DNA from: a virus
Strand: one strand, 5' to 3'
Virus record (IMG/VR): IMGVR_UViG_3300017991_000004
Location: 32,001-96,000 of that record
DNA length: 64,000 bases
Shown here: positions 16,901 to 24,532 of the stretch, one piece after another
How positions within the stretch are numbered: position 1 is the stretch's first letter
How the letters are laid out: every line of letters starts with the position of its first letter
The notes under the pieces: model-generated
What the model was told of the DNA's origin: nothing
Seen by the model: only the letters and a program-made list of their open reading frames with translations
Databases searched by the model: none
Position numbers and translations under genes: made by a program

Positions 16901-17293
16901 TCGCCTCGCGCCACCCGCTGGGGTGAACGTGACACGCACATACGGCTTACCGCGCAGATGGGTCTGGTAACGGCCAGCTTCCGCAAGCGATTGCACCTGC
17001 TCCTCGATGGAGGCTCGGGGATTGAACCCGAGGTAATCGGAGGGGTCCTCGACTTTCGTAAACCGGAGGACCGGCTGGTCGTCGAGTAATTGAAGGTGGG
17101 CGAGAATGACGCCGTCTTCTTCCACGCGGAAGAAAATGTCGTCACGGTCAAGGGCGTCTTCAAACGCGAGGAGGAAGGCTCGGTCGAAGGAAGTGAGGTC
17201 GTGAACCTGTGTCAGGTTGAGGACCAGTGCTTCTCCGTCCTGCTCCGCTTCGGTGAAGACTGACGAGAGGAAAGGCGAACTGGTAAAAATCAT
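10937..17293 (-). CDS. Giant modular protein (2118 aa) with an internal AAA+ ATPase domain; putative head-internal polyprotein
   Basis: Walker A GPPGSGKT (about 14080-14103), Walker B LMEDID, SRH ATTNYPEKLG...NRPSRFD; possible PD-(D/E)xK segment (HDSQV...VEVK, about 15840-15900); many xxE motifs. Confidence 0.8.
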   Translation of the reverse strand: MIFTSSPFLSSVFTEAEQDGEALVLNLTQVHDLTSFDRAFLLAFEDALDRDDIFFRVEEDGVILAHLQLLDDQPVLRFTKVEDPSDYLGFNPRASIEEQVQSLAEAGRYQTHLRGKPYVRVTFTPAGGARRRTIWGLKIKEGSEFVQYRVYTKDGEMRDEIVFAKKGKDLVELPARMNLHYGEFELAESLREVAPSHVSQSRKTPGRTKSTYGGYRFVIGGNQRRTRDRAMNVDKVLKAKRASRRGLAKRIRAARAWHKGNEGKRWHKAQARYQQDHSSFVKDMANFLKERSDRRFHKGVGVCNSERPRVFAKVEEQPVHLRAFTTGKDLCLGEMTLFLFDPDNNLHLVEGRDILTLAEKEFFGVSFDPEEIGAPGYSLRRYRKEKGGVPWNIHHFFPRDVRKAAAAKAFKRIERANGDPELRRRLWKKVVYKGERRYKKEGLRFEEIVQEILDGVGPEKPGPDKRHDSQVRVTGGAVPVEVKNSRKTTFKVTELEASRGRGEVSDIVVHRHPNPDDPGKDQIDIYMVEPRAIRVDTPEKKGRQEQQRRIVANIKSLVPVGTVYEDFQRVERVLDELTVHDFFTAAAEHFGFESREEMPCGVVYADRETGEQVVSICEHLLTDNHLDILEEAVTENEEEEVRVFEDHYDPMRILRECALSDATVGAIVQPVGPRAWMVDETRIVFYAPKAKTIRVQPIDMMPPDDGPIEPDDFSVPEEPTKEAPKPKAEVPKDLDGEDQLRADDFVAKAHPFIRKLRHLPTEEVVQRVISKFGYPPMDLDGLRRLVVRTLGRRYESVMVRFAGVKEGAVKDFMHQIVMAVNTATGVSDEKLWREIMTGSNEFLDKYGKYLTKEQRKFLQTESVKAVKDSLEESCGCETTPASPEQKEAGKYKLWPHYVSHTHEAKVDENGNGESNQIENHAHRIADWKVEEVAGHTHDLGYRLDESKGVAYTLLPEVIEVKKKEGKQRLDESDDRSSVTQWTETGPGVFFPAGQVTKKLPPGYYSIESSMQGPYFRRKVAKTENLIRFPDSESDKVIDEINKFWTLEEHFAEHSVPYKRGMMLEGPPGSGKTCTIRIVVDDVVNKWDGIVVDFPDSSNLFVEGYSILRHIQPDVPLVVLMEDIDATLRYGESSILNLLDGMHDIHRVVFLATTNYPEKLGSRILNRPSRFDKRFHIGMPSAEARELYIRSKLNALDETTDEEIARWVEDTEGLSIAHIKELFVNTKILGNPYEEAVEVLKAMKVTKASTTFDDYRVEAKEMAARPISFDELIEAGETYEKEPEEKSLTECWICDEQARDQAEGRERSVIRLNVQMPSGAIGCLIGLMTEKQYKSMSRALMVLLEDGLDQHFDNLDDLAEFIHRVTGATMHETKNLLTEKYKVVSETYLSEPAARLVESTFSQDASSMEAVVTEGVVVTQKLGSRNTTYKLFGPAIQTLFALTRGRSADEVSAALRSKFSIDAEMISKASNMWIAVVNNDSVYDFENLFAGADITVESSEELEEAYGDPEKETLDDVLDNIIRKTIVLGSIDAIQDVDFADESHSVYLFLDATMTAEEVEQLREAINTIYSNTTVVASPDGTLPQGSEPAEWWVMFVPQEVPEGAMAAPYPPMWGGKEPVAAPQSYVPADAVADIAQGVDVDQAVDQLLKSESSESVEENVPRIVPGMKIELDDKIWEVVKVAGGYAYLKTPDVPKTQKISLMVLWNKLGDGHARRVEQAVREKAVEEGFDKVSIYSLGWGGRRKVKKHKCPICGGPLQARGRFHDYCPACDVAFYESVQEQTGRVEVLTFPSAKMAQKFVTALKKHIRTAKQSGDPAWADCSAQLVGTKVDVGNVPKFQWGVIYDLADYYHRVYDSVQKEEKPFIPMPASPTLQRMFMQQLADETSEAVNYSDMTISPAFTAMIEKMVDARLARSEIYASRLLSLVVGKALAMESPSDPASAVTDFLNKHGESILAFYQELVKERGNNIIFDIDVMQALQDSRYLKKWQTESTADDGSVTDFPITPPEFNLTQGDDAGPVTTVLLTGQVTDELLDRILTNLADTLNAPLAPGANGVYESPAEAQEGKVTLWLDTVGPEDMLTVQIREFADGFVDKITSTLARTTVGSTFQVANIVTME

Positions 17294-17333
17294 GCGCTAG
17301 TTCTCCACCCCCTATCTGCTGGTACCAACAGAT

Positions 17334-17418
17334 AAAAAGAAAGGCTGGCCCATAGAGGTCCTGTGCGCGGAGAGACTCGGTGAGTCTCTAGAGAACGGGA
17401 CGCTCCTGGGTGCCAGCC
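17334..17418 (-). other. Long imperfect hairpin followed by a U-tract (small RNA or attenuator/terminator)
   Basis: Nested pairings GGCTGG/CCAGCC, CCCA/TGGG, GTCC/GGAC, AGAGACTC/GAGTCTCT, then TTTCTTTTT on the minus strand. Confidence 0.55.
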
Positions 17419-17431
17419 AAGAACACTTAAA

Positions 17432-17459
17432 ATTCTACCGGGTCAGGAGGCTGCGTCAA
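17432..17459 (-). promoter_or_regulatory. Sigma70-like promoter
   Basis: Minus strand TTGACG-N16-TAGAAT. Confidence 0.55.
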
Positions 17460-17471
17460 GTATGTCTAGAC

Positions 17472-17504
17472 AAAAAATTGGGGAGGGGCTACAAGCCCCT
17501 CCCC
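17472..17504 (-). terminator. Rho-independent terminator after the clamp-like gene
   Basis: GGGGAGGGGCT-tgt-AGCCCCTCCCC, 11-bp stem, then AATTTTTT. Confidence 0.8.
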
Positions 17505-17543
17505 GGAGGAAGTCATTGACCCCGGAAGGCCAAGACCGCGTTT

Positions 17544-18836
17544 CTACAGATGATGTTTTTCGGCTACGGGCATCAGTAGCGCGTAGAAGTTCTTGTCCGG
17601 CGATATGAACTCGACAGGCTCGTTCACCTCGCGGTACTTCTTGCCCCGCACCTTGTGGTACGGAATTTTATACATCATGTCCCCGTGCTTTTTCGGATGC
17701 CTTCCTCGAACAGAACGGGAGCGAAGGAAAATGTCTAATTCAGGCTGTGACAGGATAGGCTCCAACATCTTCCAGTCACACCGCAGGCTGATAGGATAGC
17801 CGTGCCCGTTTATCACAGAGAAGTCAAAAGGCGGCGCAAGGCGGTGCCGCATTCTCAACGTGAAGTGTTTGGGATTCGGAACCTTCCAACGGTTCTCCAA
17901 CCTTATGCCCGCCTCGGTCAAAAGGAACCATAACAGATAGTAGTCGTATTGCGGCGACTTGCCTCCCTTCTCCTTGAGTTCCTTCTTGAAGGCTTTCAAT
18001 TCACCGTTACTGCACGTTTCTAGTCTACCCTCGACCAGCGGCAATCGCTTCGGAATCGCGCCGTCGATGTTGGGTAAGGAGTGAGGAACAACGTCAGACA
18101 GGTAGTAAATCTTTCCGCACTTCACCCTGCACCGGTCCCGCTTGTCGAACAGCAACTGCACCTTCTCCGCTGACAGCTTCGACAGCATCTTTAGGTGGGG
18201 ATACAGGTCGGGGGATATGAGGAAGAATCTTTCCTTTGAGTTGTCCGCGATGGTTCCCTTGTGGCTGAACTTTCTGACGTTCTGGATAACCAGGATGCGC
18301 CCGTTGGTGCCTACGAAGTGGAGACCTTTCGGGCGACCTTTTCCTAGTTTCTTCTGTACCGCGCGGACTCCGATGCAGGTCAAACCTGTGCGTCCTACAT
18401 CTGAACTCTTCGTGGCTAGAAAAGGCTTCACCGTTTTGACTGCCTGGATAAACTCCTCCCTATCGAGGGTGAACGACGCTACCGCCTTGACCTGCTGTTC
18501 GGAAACAACTGCGGCTTCCTCCTCTGCGGGATACTTGAATGTCAGCTCCTCTTCCCCGACAGACAGCAGCCACGACTTCGGGGACTTCGCCCGCGTAACG
18601 CGCCGCACCTTCACCTGTGCGTCGTCTTCGGCCTTTTGGACGATTACTTTGAACTCTTCGATTTCGTCTGCTGGTACCAGCAGTTCCGGCATTGCCTTTA
18701 CCGGCGGCAAACTGAGGTAGTAGCTGCTGGTGATGTGCGGATGGTAGTGAATAATTGTCGCCTTCTTGGTAAAGGCAATAGCCTGTATCGTCTTGGGATT
18801 AACGGCAATCAAAGGTTTGAGGTCTGCGGCTTTCAT
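17544..18836 (-). CDS. Divergent DNA polymerase III beta sliding clamp-like protein
   Basis: FTLDREEFIQAVKTVKPFLA...R..LTCIGV...LHFVGTNGRIL and SLPNIDGAIP resemble the clamp motifs VATDGHRL and FPDYxxVIP; start at the AGGAGGAAGTCATG cassette. Confidence 0.55.
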   Translation of the reverse strand: MKAADLKPLIAVNPKTIQAIAFTKKATIIHYHPHITSSYYLSLPPVKAMPELLVPADEIEEFKVIVQKAEDDAQVKVRRVTRAKSPKSWLLSVGEEELTFKYPAEEEAAVVSEQQVKAVASFTLDREEFIQAVKTVKPFLATKSSDVGRTGLTCIGVRAVQKKLGKGRPKGLHFVGTNGRILVIQNVRKFSHKGTIADNSKERFFLISPDLYPHLKMLSKLSAEKVQLLFDKRDRCRVKCGKIYYLSDVVPHSLPNIDGAIPKRLPLVEGRLETCSNGELKAFKKELKEKGGKSPQYDYYLLWFLLTEAGIRLENRWKVPNPKHFTLRMRHRLAPPFDFSVINGHGYPISLRCDWKMLEPILSQPELDIFLRSRSVRGRHPKKHGDMMYKIPYHKVRGKKYREVNEPVEFISPDKNFYALLMPVAEKHHL

Positions 18837-18953
18837 GACTTCCTCCTGCCCGATAACTGTGGAAATAAAGTGGGCCGGGAACCCTTGAGGGGAGGCGCCC
18901 GGCCCTGGCAAAAAAGAAGAACAGGTATGCTCTTGTCTATCGCGTATATTTTA

Positions 18954-19304
18954 TCAGGAATCCTGGTGCGGCGCTATCCCTGCCTCCCGCATCTCGTCAC
19001 GCAGTTCCTCTACCTCTGCGGCGCAGGTTTCGCTTAGGCTACACACTGCGATGTGCGTTCCTCTCTGCCGGATGTCTTGGAACTGGTAGTCGATGACTTC
19101 TTCGATGGCTTCGATGATGGGCTGTTCACCAAAAGCAAACGTCACTTGGCGCGACCCTTTGTTTGGGTCACCGCGCCTTTCTGCCTCCTCCAGCTTCCGG
19201 TACTGGCTTCCGGTCAAACCATCCATCCGGTACGGCTTCTGTCCGTTCTTGCGAAACCAACTCGCGGGACGAATGTTTCCATCGCGGTCTTCAAACTCAC
19301 TCAT
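18954..19304 (-). CDS. Hypothetical protein
   Basis: 116 aa; start cassette AGGAGGAAGTCATG. Confidence 0.7.
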   Translation of the reverse strand: MSEFEDRDGNIRPASWFRKNGQKPYRMDGLTGSQYRKLEEAERRGDPNKGSRQVTFAFGEQPIIEAIEEVIDYQFQDIRQRGTHIAVCSLSETCAAEVEELRDEMREAGIAPHQDS

Positions 19305-19313
19305 GACTTCCTC

Positions 19314-21143
19314 CTATTTGATTTTCTTCAGAAACTCCTCCGGGGTCCAGATTTCATAGCCCTTCTGTTTTGCTGTCTTCGCCTTGCCCGAGTTGCTCGA
19401 TGGGTCGGCGATGACCAGCACGTTCGTCAAATCCTTGCGCCAGGTAATCTCGGCACCTGCCTCGGCCGCCTGCGCCTCAAGGACTGTTCGCTTGTGAACC
19501 ATCTTGCCCGTGAACTTGATGCCCATCCCTGACAGCGGTGCACCCTTCTTCACCTTCTTGGGCTTGGCGACAGTGATGTGAAACAGCAGTTCAGTAATGT
19601 CTTCTTTCCAAGTGAACATTCCGTCTGTTATCCGGCGCGCCAACTCAGTCGAAAATCCTGGCAGGTCAAGAAGGTCGTCCGTTTCGAGCAGGAGCAGTTT
19701 CTCCGGCGTATCGAAACCCGCCCGCATGAGCGCCTGAAATCTTCGCGTTCCGACATTGGGAATAAACGCAGCGAATACTCTGTCGAGCGGTATGTTGTCC
19801 TTCTTGGCTTGCAGTTCTCTGAAAACCTTGGCCCCGTTCTTGCCTAAGACAATTTCGTATTCATCCTTCTCCAGGTCATAGAAGTCTGCGGGTGTATTGA
19901 ATTTAGCTTCCTTGATTAACTTGTCGATGTTCGACGGCCCTAATCCCTTGATGTCGATAAGCCTGACCCAGTGCTGCAATAATCCCTTCCTCTTCTCGGG
20001 ACATTTCTCGTTAAGACACATCAGGTACGCCCCGACTGTTTCCAATCCCGACGCACACGCCGGGCACTTCTTTGGCTTGCGAAGAACCTTGCCTTTGCGG
20101 AGGACTTCCTCGACAGCGGGAATAACGTCACCCCTCCGGCTCACCTTGACGGTCGACTTTTCACCGATACCCATTTCCTTCATCCAGCCAAAATTGTTGC
20201 CGGTCGCCTTGCTCACCGTGACACCTGCGACGGTGACGGGCCGTACCCACACGACTGGATTGACGCGCCCGGTTCTGCTCGCCTCCCAGGTGATTTTCTT
20301 CACCGTCGTCCTGACTACATCGGGAGGGAACTTGAAGGCAATCTGGTTGCTCGGGCGCATGGGGTCGCCTTCGGGCCTGGCGCTGGTCTTGTCGATAGCG
20401 ACCACCACACCGTCGCACTCATGGGCGTAGTCGGCTCGACCTGCTTCCCATTCCTTATATGTCTCAAATATCATCTGCCCGGAGTTGCACTTCTTGGCGC
20501 GAACGGTCGTCAATCCCAATCGCCGCATTTCCGTGAACATTGCGGAGAACGACTTGAACTTCTTGCCATTGGTCATGCGAAAGAAAATAACCTCGAGGTC
20601 TTCCGCTCCCTCTCCGCTGTGGCGGCGCATGGTGCCGGAGGTAGTGTTGCGCGGATTGGCGTAGTCAGCGGCATACTTCTCTGCAAATACGTCTTTCCGC
20701 AACATCGCTTCTCCCCGGAGAAAACCTGTAAAGCCTTTGATAGTCTTTTTGACATTCTGCATCAGTCGAGCGTTGGCGGTGATGTCTTCCCCCTTCATGC
20801 CGTTGCCTCGGGTCAAGGCTCGCACCAGCTTGCCGTTCTTGTATTCGAGACCGATGGAGCACCCGTCGAGCTTGTCCATGACCACTACTGGCCATGCGTT
20901 GTCCAGCCAGGCTCGCAGTTCCGCCATATCGTCAACCTTGCCCAGGCTGCCCATCGGTATCTTGTGTGGCATGACTGCTCCCTTCGGCTTGGCACCGACC
21001 TCGGTGAGGACTTTACTCTTGGGTTTGATTTTGCGAAGCCTATCTACCAAGTTGTCGAACGTGAAGTCCGACATGATTGGCTCGTCGTTGTAGTAGGCTT
21101 CGCGGGCTTCGCGGATTTTCCTCTCTAAGTCTTTTGCGGACAT
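19314..21143 (-). CDS. ligA: NAD+-dependent DNA ligase
   Basis: YYNDEPIMSD..FD.L, KLDG adenylation motif, ALTRGNG..GEDIT, YANPRN, CDGVVV, IAFKF, SRTGRVNP, RRGDVIP, CPAC..C..C zinc finger, HhH repeats and a BRCT-like tail; probable start MSAKDL at 21143 (SD AGGAGG). Confidence 0.95.
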   Translation of the reverse strand: MSAKDLERKIREAREAYYNDEPIMSDFTFDNLVDRLRKIKPKSKVLTEVGAKPKGAVMPHKIPMGSLGKVDDMAELRAWLDNAWPVVVMDKLDGCSIGLEYKNGKLVRALTRGNGMKGEDITANARLMQNVKKTIKGFTGFLRGEAMLRKDVFAEKYAADYANPRNTTSGTMRRHSGEGAEDLEVIFFRMTNGKKFKSFSAMFTEMRRLGLTTVRAKKCNSGQMIFETYKEWEAGRADYAHECDGVVVAIDKTSARPEGDPMRPSNQIAFKFPPDVVRTTVKKITWEASRTGRVNPVVWVRPVTVAGVTVSKATGNNFGWMKEMGIGEKSTVKVSRRGDVIPAVEEVLRKGKVLRKPKKCPACASGLETVGAYLMCLNEKCPEKRKGLLQHWVRLIDIKGLGPSNIDKLIKEAKFNTPADFYDLEKDEYEIVLGKNGAKVFRELQAKKDNIPLDRVFAAFIPNVGTRRFQALMRAGFDTPEKLLLLETDDLLDLPGFSTELARRITDGMFTWKEDITELLFHITVAKPKKVKKGAPLSGMGIKFTGKMVHKRTVLEAQAAEAGAEITWRKDLTNVLVIADPSSNSGKAKTAKQKGYEIWTPEEFLKKIK

Positions 21144-21325
21144 GACTCCCTCCTCACGAAAAGAACGCTGCCGCCCTGCGTTGACTTCAGGAGACCCCTG
21201 ACGGTGTAGCGGGTAAGGCAGAGTTGGCAAAGGGATATGGGCTTGTCCGACTTGGCTTCCCAGGTATCGTAGAGTGCCTTTGCAGAGCAGCCGACTCCTT
21301 CGCAGTTGGGTTGTTCTTCTGGCAT
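21125..21325 (-). CDS. Small Cys-containing hypothetical protein
   Basis: 66 aa; start cassette AGGAGGAAGTCATG; CxxxxC...CxxC. Confidence 0.6.
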   Translation of the reverse strand: MPEEQPNCEGVGCSAKALYDTWEAKSDKPISLCQLCLTRYTVRGLLKSTQGGSVLFVRRESCPQKT

Positions 21326-21336
21326 GACTTCCTCCT

Positions 21337-21528
21337 TCAGACCAGGCGGGCGACGGTGTGCCCGATGACCGGCGATTCGCCGATGTAGACACTGCCTTTG
21401 TCAATCGTCGTCCACGCGCCGGTAGCCCATTCGATGTAGTCCCCTTCCCGCACCGTATCGGTGCCAGTGAGAACTCGGATTTTCTTCCCTTCCCTTTCCG
21501 CCTTCAGGTTCAGTTGTTTTTCTGTCAT
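21337..21528 (-). CDS. Hypothetical protein
   Basis: Likely start MTEKQL with SD GGAGG, coupled to the upstream stop. Confidence 0.5.
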   Translation of the reverse strand: MTEKQLNLKAEREGKKIRVLTGTDTVREGDYIEWATGAWTTIDKGSVYIGESPVIGHTVARLV

Positions 21529-21788
21529 TCTTTCCTCCTGTCGCTTCTCTTCCGCCACGCACAATCCAGACAATGGATGGTAGACCTGCCACAGTCGATG
21601 CACTCCTTCGCTATGTCGCTCGGTAGAATCTCCTCGACCGTCACAGCGTAAGCCGTCTTGCCTTTCTCCCGTAGAACCTGCGCCCGCCCCAACGCCTCAC
21701 GTTTCGCGCCGGGAAACTTGTCCGGGTTCTTGCCGGTCCAGACATCCAACTGACCAGCGACTACTACGGTGACATATTTGTTTCGCAT
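21525..21788 (-). CDS. Hypothetical protein with CxxC..CxxC
   Basis: 87 aa, SD GAGGAG, tightly packed operon. Confidence 0.6.
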   Translation of the reverse strand: MRNKYVTVVVAGQLDVWTGKNPDKFPGAKREALGRAQVLREKGKTAYAVTVEEILPSDIAKECIDCGRSTIHCLDCAWRKRSDRRKE

Positions 21789-21790
21789 GG

Positions 21791-22081
21791 TTACTCCTCG
21801 CCCGGCGGGGCTTCCATGAACCAGAAGTCAGCCAGCATCCAACACTCGCCTCCGACTTCTTCCTTGTCGTTCTCGAACGCGGACGCGACTTCGATGTTGT
21901 CGTCGAGTTCCCACGACGGTTCCGACAGCTCCGGCCGCTGCTCCTCGCGCCAAGGCAGGCCGATTTTGTCCGCCTTCACCTTCTCCTCTACGGCGTCAAG
22001 AATCTGACTGAAGTGCTTCTGGATAAGCTCCCTCAACCAGGTATGCTTGTCGCTGTGGTAAATTTCGATAGACGACTTCAT
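21791..22081 (-). CDS. Hypothetical protein
   Basis: 96 aa, ATGA coupling. Confidence 0.6.
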   Translation of the reverse strand: MKSSIEIYHSDKHTWLRELIQKHFSQILDAVEEKVKADKIGLPWREEQRPELSEPSWELDDNIEVASAFENDKEEVGGECWMLADFWFMEAPPGEE

Positions 22082-22458
22082 GCCTTTGTTCCTCTCAACT
22101 GCTCACATACGTCCTCATAACTGCCAATCAAACCCATCAGCCAAAACGGCAAAGAGTTTTCGTCCTCTCTTTCCGGCGCATACCAGCCCGCTTCCTGAAG
22201 AAGTTCCCGCACTCGACGATTCTCTTCGTGAACCTTCTTGTACTCCCTGTTAAGTCGCGCCAGTTGCTTCTGGTAGGCACGGTCATGGTCTTGCATGATT
22301 TCCGTTCCTCGTTGGTCTGACGTGCGGCTATCAACAAGTTTTTCTGCAAGCGTAGTTATTACTTCACTGTCGGTCTTCCCGCTTGCCCGCAACTCTGCAA
22401 CCTCACGTTCAACGCGGAGTTTGTTTTGGTGTTTTGCCTGCTCGTACCTATCGAGCAT
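22078..22458 (-). CDS. Hypothetical coiled-coil protein
   Basis: 126 aa; start cassette AGGAGGAAGTCATG. Confidence 0.7.
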   Translation of the reverse strand: MLDRYEQAKHQNKLRVEREVAELRASGKTDSEVITTLAEKLVDSRTSDQRGTEIMQDHDRAYQKQLARLNREYKKVHEENRRVRELLQEAGWYAPEREDENSLPFWLMGLIGSYEDVCEQLRGTKA

Positions 22459-22467
22459 GACTTCCTC

Positions 22468-22917
22468 CTACTTGCCTGCCAAGTAATTGTTGATATGCTG
22501 GATGGGCCTTTTCAGGTCCTTCAGATTCTCCAGCGCCCAATCCCGCATAGCCGTCGCTTCCTTGCCTGCATCGTTGTGGCCGCCGCCTTCCCAGAACTCG
22601 GCTTGCAGTTTTTTCGGTAGTGGTGTGGCCTTGTGCCAGATGTGCTCCACGACCTTTCGCGGGAGGTCTTCCAGGTCGAGGCTCACTGGCAAACCGTCAC
22701 CCCCGTAGGTACCGGAGAGTACAATGTTGAATCCGGCGAGGCGAACCTGGCCCATCATGAAGTGACCTAGTTGCTTCAGGTGCACCTTGCGAACGCAGGC
22801 GCGAAGGGGAGGTCTGAGTCCCTTGTAACCCGGCTCGTCGAATACAATGAGAAACTGCCCGCTGGCCTTTTGCTGACCGTCGCGGGTGTACCCGCTCTTG
22901 GCGTCCTTGATGAACAT
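22468..22917 (-). CDS. Hypothetical protein
   Basis: 149 aa, fits operon packing. Confidence 0.65.
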   Translation of the reverse strand: MFIKDAKSGYTRDGQQKASGQFLIVFDEPGYKGLRPPLRACVRKVHLKQLGHFMMGQVRLAGFNIVLSGTYGGDGLPVSLDLEDLPRKVVEHIWHKATPLPKKLQAEFWEGGGHNDAGKEATAMRDWALENLKDLKRPIQHINNYLAGK

Positions 22918-22920
22918 CGG

Positions 22921-23277
22921 CTACCCCCTTTTCTCCTTGGCGAAGGCTTCCTTGAACGCCTTCTCCGGGTCGCCCCCATATTGCTCGATGGTGATGTGGT
23001 CGGTCGCCTGCTGGCGAAACGACGGCAGCCCTCCGTTGGGCCTGCGTTCCATCGGAGCGTCGTGCTCCTGGTCGTCTTCCTCCGCGACGAATCGCGCAGG
23101 CATGAAGGATGTGTCGCCCAGGCGCGAACTGTCGAGCGTTTGGTTTTCGTAAACGACGACACCGCCCCGCTCGGTCAGCCACTTCGGAGCAAGGCGCTCC
23201 AACTGCTCGTAGGCTTCAGCACCTACTATCCAGGGGCGCCGGTCTTGCCGGATGGGATACTGTTGGTTTTCTCTCAC
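22921..23277 (-). CDS. Hypothetical protein
   Basis: 118 aa; start cassette AGGAGGAAGTCGTG. Confidence 0.65.
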   Translation of the reverse strand: MRENQQYPIRQDRRPWIVGAEAYEQLERLAPKWLTERGGVVVYENQTLDSSRLGDTSFMPARFVAEEDDQEHDAPMERRPNGGLPSFRQQATDHITIEQYGGDPEKAFKEAFAKEKRG

Positions 23278-23313
23278 GACTTCCTCCTTTCAGTCTGCTG
23301 GTACCAGCAGATG

Positions 23314-23895
23314 CTACTTGCCGAACTTGCTTTTCTTCTCCGTCCCCTCCGACGGGTTCTCCAGCGAGGCCGCCTTGTCCTCCTCGGACTCTTCTTCCTT
23401 CTTCTTGGCGGCCTCCTTCGCCTCCTGCTCCTTGCGCTCCTTCTCGGCGAGTTCGGCGAGCGGTTCCTTCACCTTGGGGCGGTAGTGGTCGGCGAGCAGT
23501 TCGCCCAGACGCATTTCCCACGCACTCCAGCCCGGCGTGTTCTCGTAGTCGCCCCTCCACCCGTCCGGGCGCGGGTCCCCGGTGAGCAGGTGGACGGCTT
23601 CGGCGATGACGATTCGCCTCCGGGTACCGTCCCACTGGGAGACGATGTTTTTCGGTATCTCCCCAATGAGCGATATGACGAGCAGTTCCCGGTTGGTCGG
23701 CTTGTGCGGTTCGGGGTCGCCCTTCTTCTTGGCGAAAGGCATCGTCGCCGTCTCGACGGGAAGTTCGGTTTTCAACTCCTCGACCTCTTCCACCCCCGTA
23801 GCTTTCGGCTTCGGCCCTGCCTCGTTCTTCGGCTGCGGTTTTTTCGGCGCAGCCTTCTTGGTTGCCTTCTTCCCGTTCTTCTTTTTCTTCGCCAT
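23314..23895 (-). CDS. Hypothetical protein with Lys-rich N-terminus
   Basis: 193 aa, SD GAGGAG; MAKKKKNGKKATKKAAPKK. Confidence 0.7.
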   Translation of the reverse strand: MAKKKKNGKKATKKAAPKKPQPKNEAGPKPKATGVEEVEELKTELPVETATMPFAKKKGDPEPHKPTNRELLVISLIGEIPKNIVSQWDGTRRRIVIAEAVHLLTGDPRPDGWRGDYENTPGWSAWEMRLGELLADHYRPKVKEPLAELAEKERKEQEAKEAAKKKEEESEEDKAASLENPSEGTEKKSKFGK

Positions 23896-23919
23896 AGCGT
23901 TCTCCTCTCAGAAAAGGGA

Positions 23920-24252
23920 TTACCATCTACGCAGTTCGTTGACGGTATCTTCCATCTTGACCATGCTGCCGCCGAGGTAGCTGTGGTCATTGTCCAGCGC
24001 CATCGCAATGTGCGCCAACCAGTAGCTCTTGGCTCGCTCGTAGACCCGCCCTCCGTGCTGCCGCAACAAATCCTCTGCCGCGCCCAGCGCCTCCTTGATG
24101 GTGACGAGGTGTTCTTCGAGTTCACAGGCCAATTCATCTGCCTCGTCCTTTGCGCAGTCAATACACAACTGCGAAGAAACACCTGTCTCCGTATTGCACC
24201 GCCTACACTTCATGACTTCCTTCTTCTGGTTGTTCTTCTTCTTCTTCGGCAT
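23920..24252 (-). CDS. Hypothetical protein (Lys-rich start, CxxC..CxxC)
   Basis: 110 aa, SD AAGGAG. Confidence 0.65.
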   Translation of the reverse strand: MPKKKKNNQKKEVMKCRRCNTETGVSSQLCIDCAKDEADELACELEEHLVTIKEALGAAEDLLRQHGGRVYERAKSYWLAHIAMALDNDHSYLGGSMVKMEDTVNELRRW

Positions 24253-24270
24253 GGTTGTCTCCTTGCTTGG

Positions 24271-24498
24271 TTAAAGGGGTTCAGGGTCGAAAATGTACCG
24301 ACCATCCTTGATGGTCGTGACGTCCACCTTGGAGCACTTGGCGCAAAGGGAAATGGAGGTTCGCAGACCTTTGTGCTTTCCCTTGGTGATTATCACCCGA
24401 GGTATATAGACATTCATCAGTCCCTTGATACGACGGGAGCAGTTCTCGCAGTCCATCCCCGGATGGTTCATCGTCAATCTGGCTTTGCTAAAGTGCAT
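24271..24498 (-). CDS. Small zinc-finger-like hypothetical protein
   Basis: 75 aa, SD AGGAGG; CENC...CAKC. Confidence 0.6.
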   Translation of the reverse strand: MHFSKARLTMNHPGMDCENCSRRIKGLMNVYIPRVIITKGKHKGLRTSISLCAKCSKVDVTTIKDGRYIFDPEPL

Positions 24499-24532
24499 GG
24501 CGTCCTCCTATCCGTTTCGGGAGAGCCCTCCC

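Noticed and set aside
19314-21404. Ligase start at 21404 as given in the ORF track
   Set aside because: The first 87 aa overlap two other genes; ligase homology and an AGGAGG SD point to ATG 21143.
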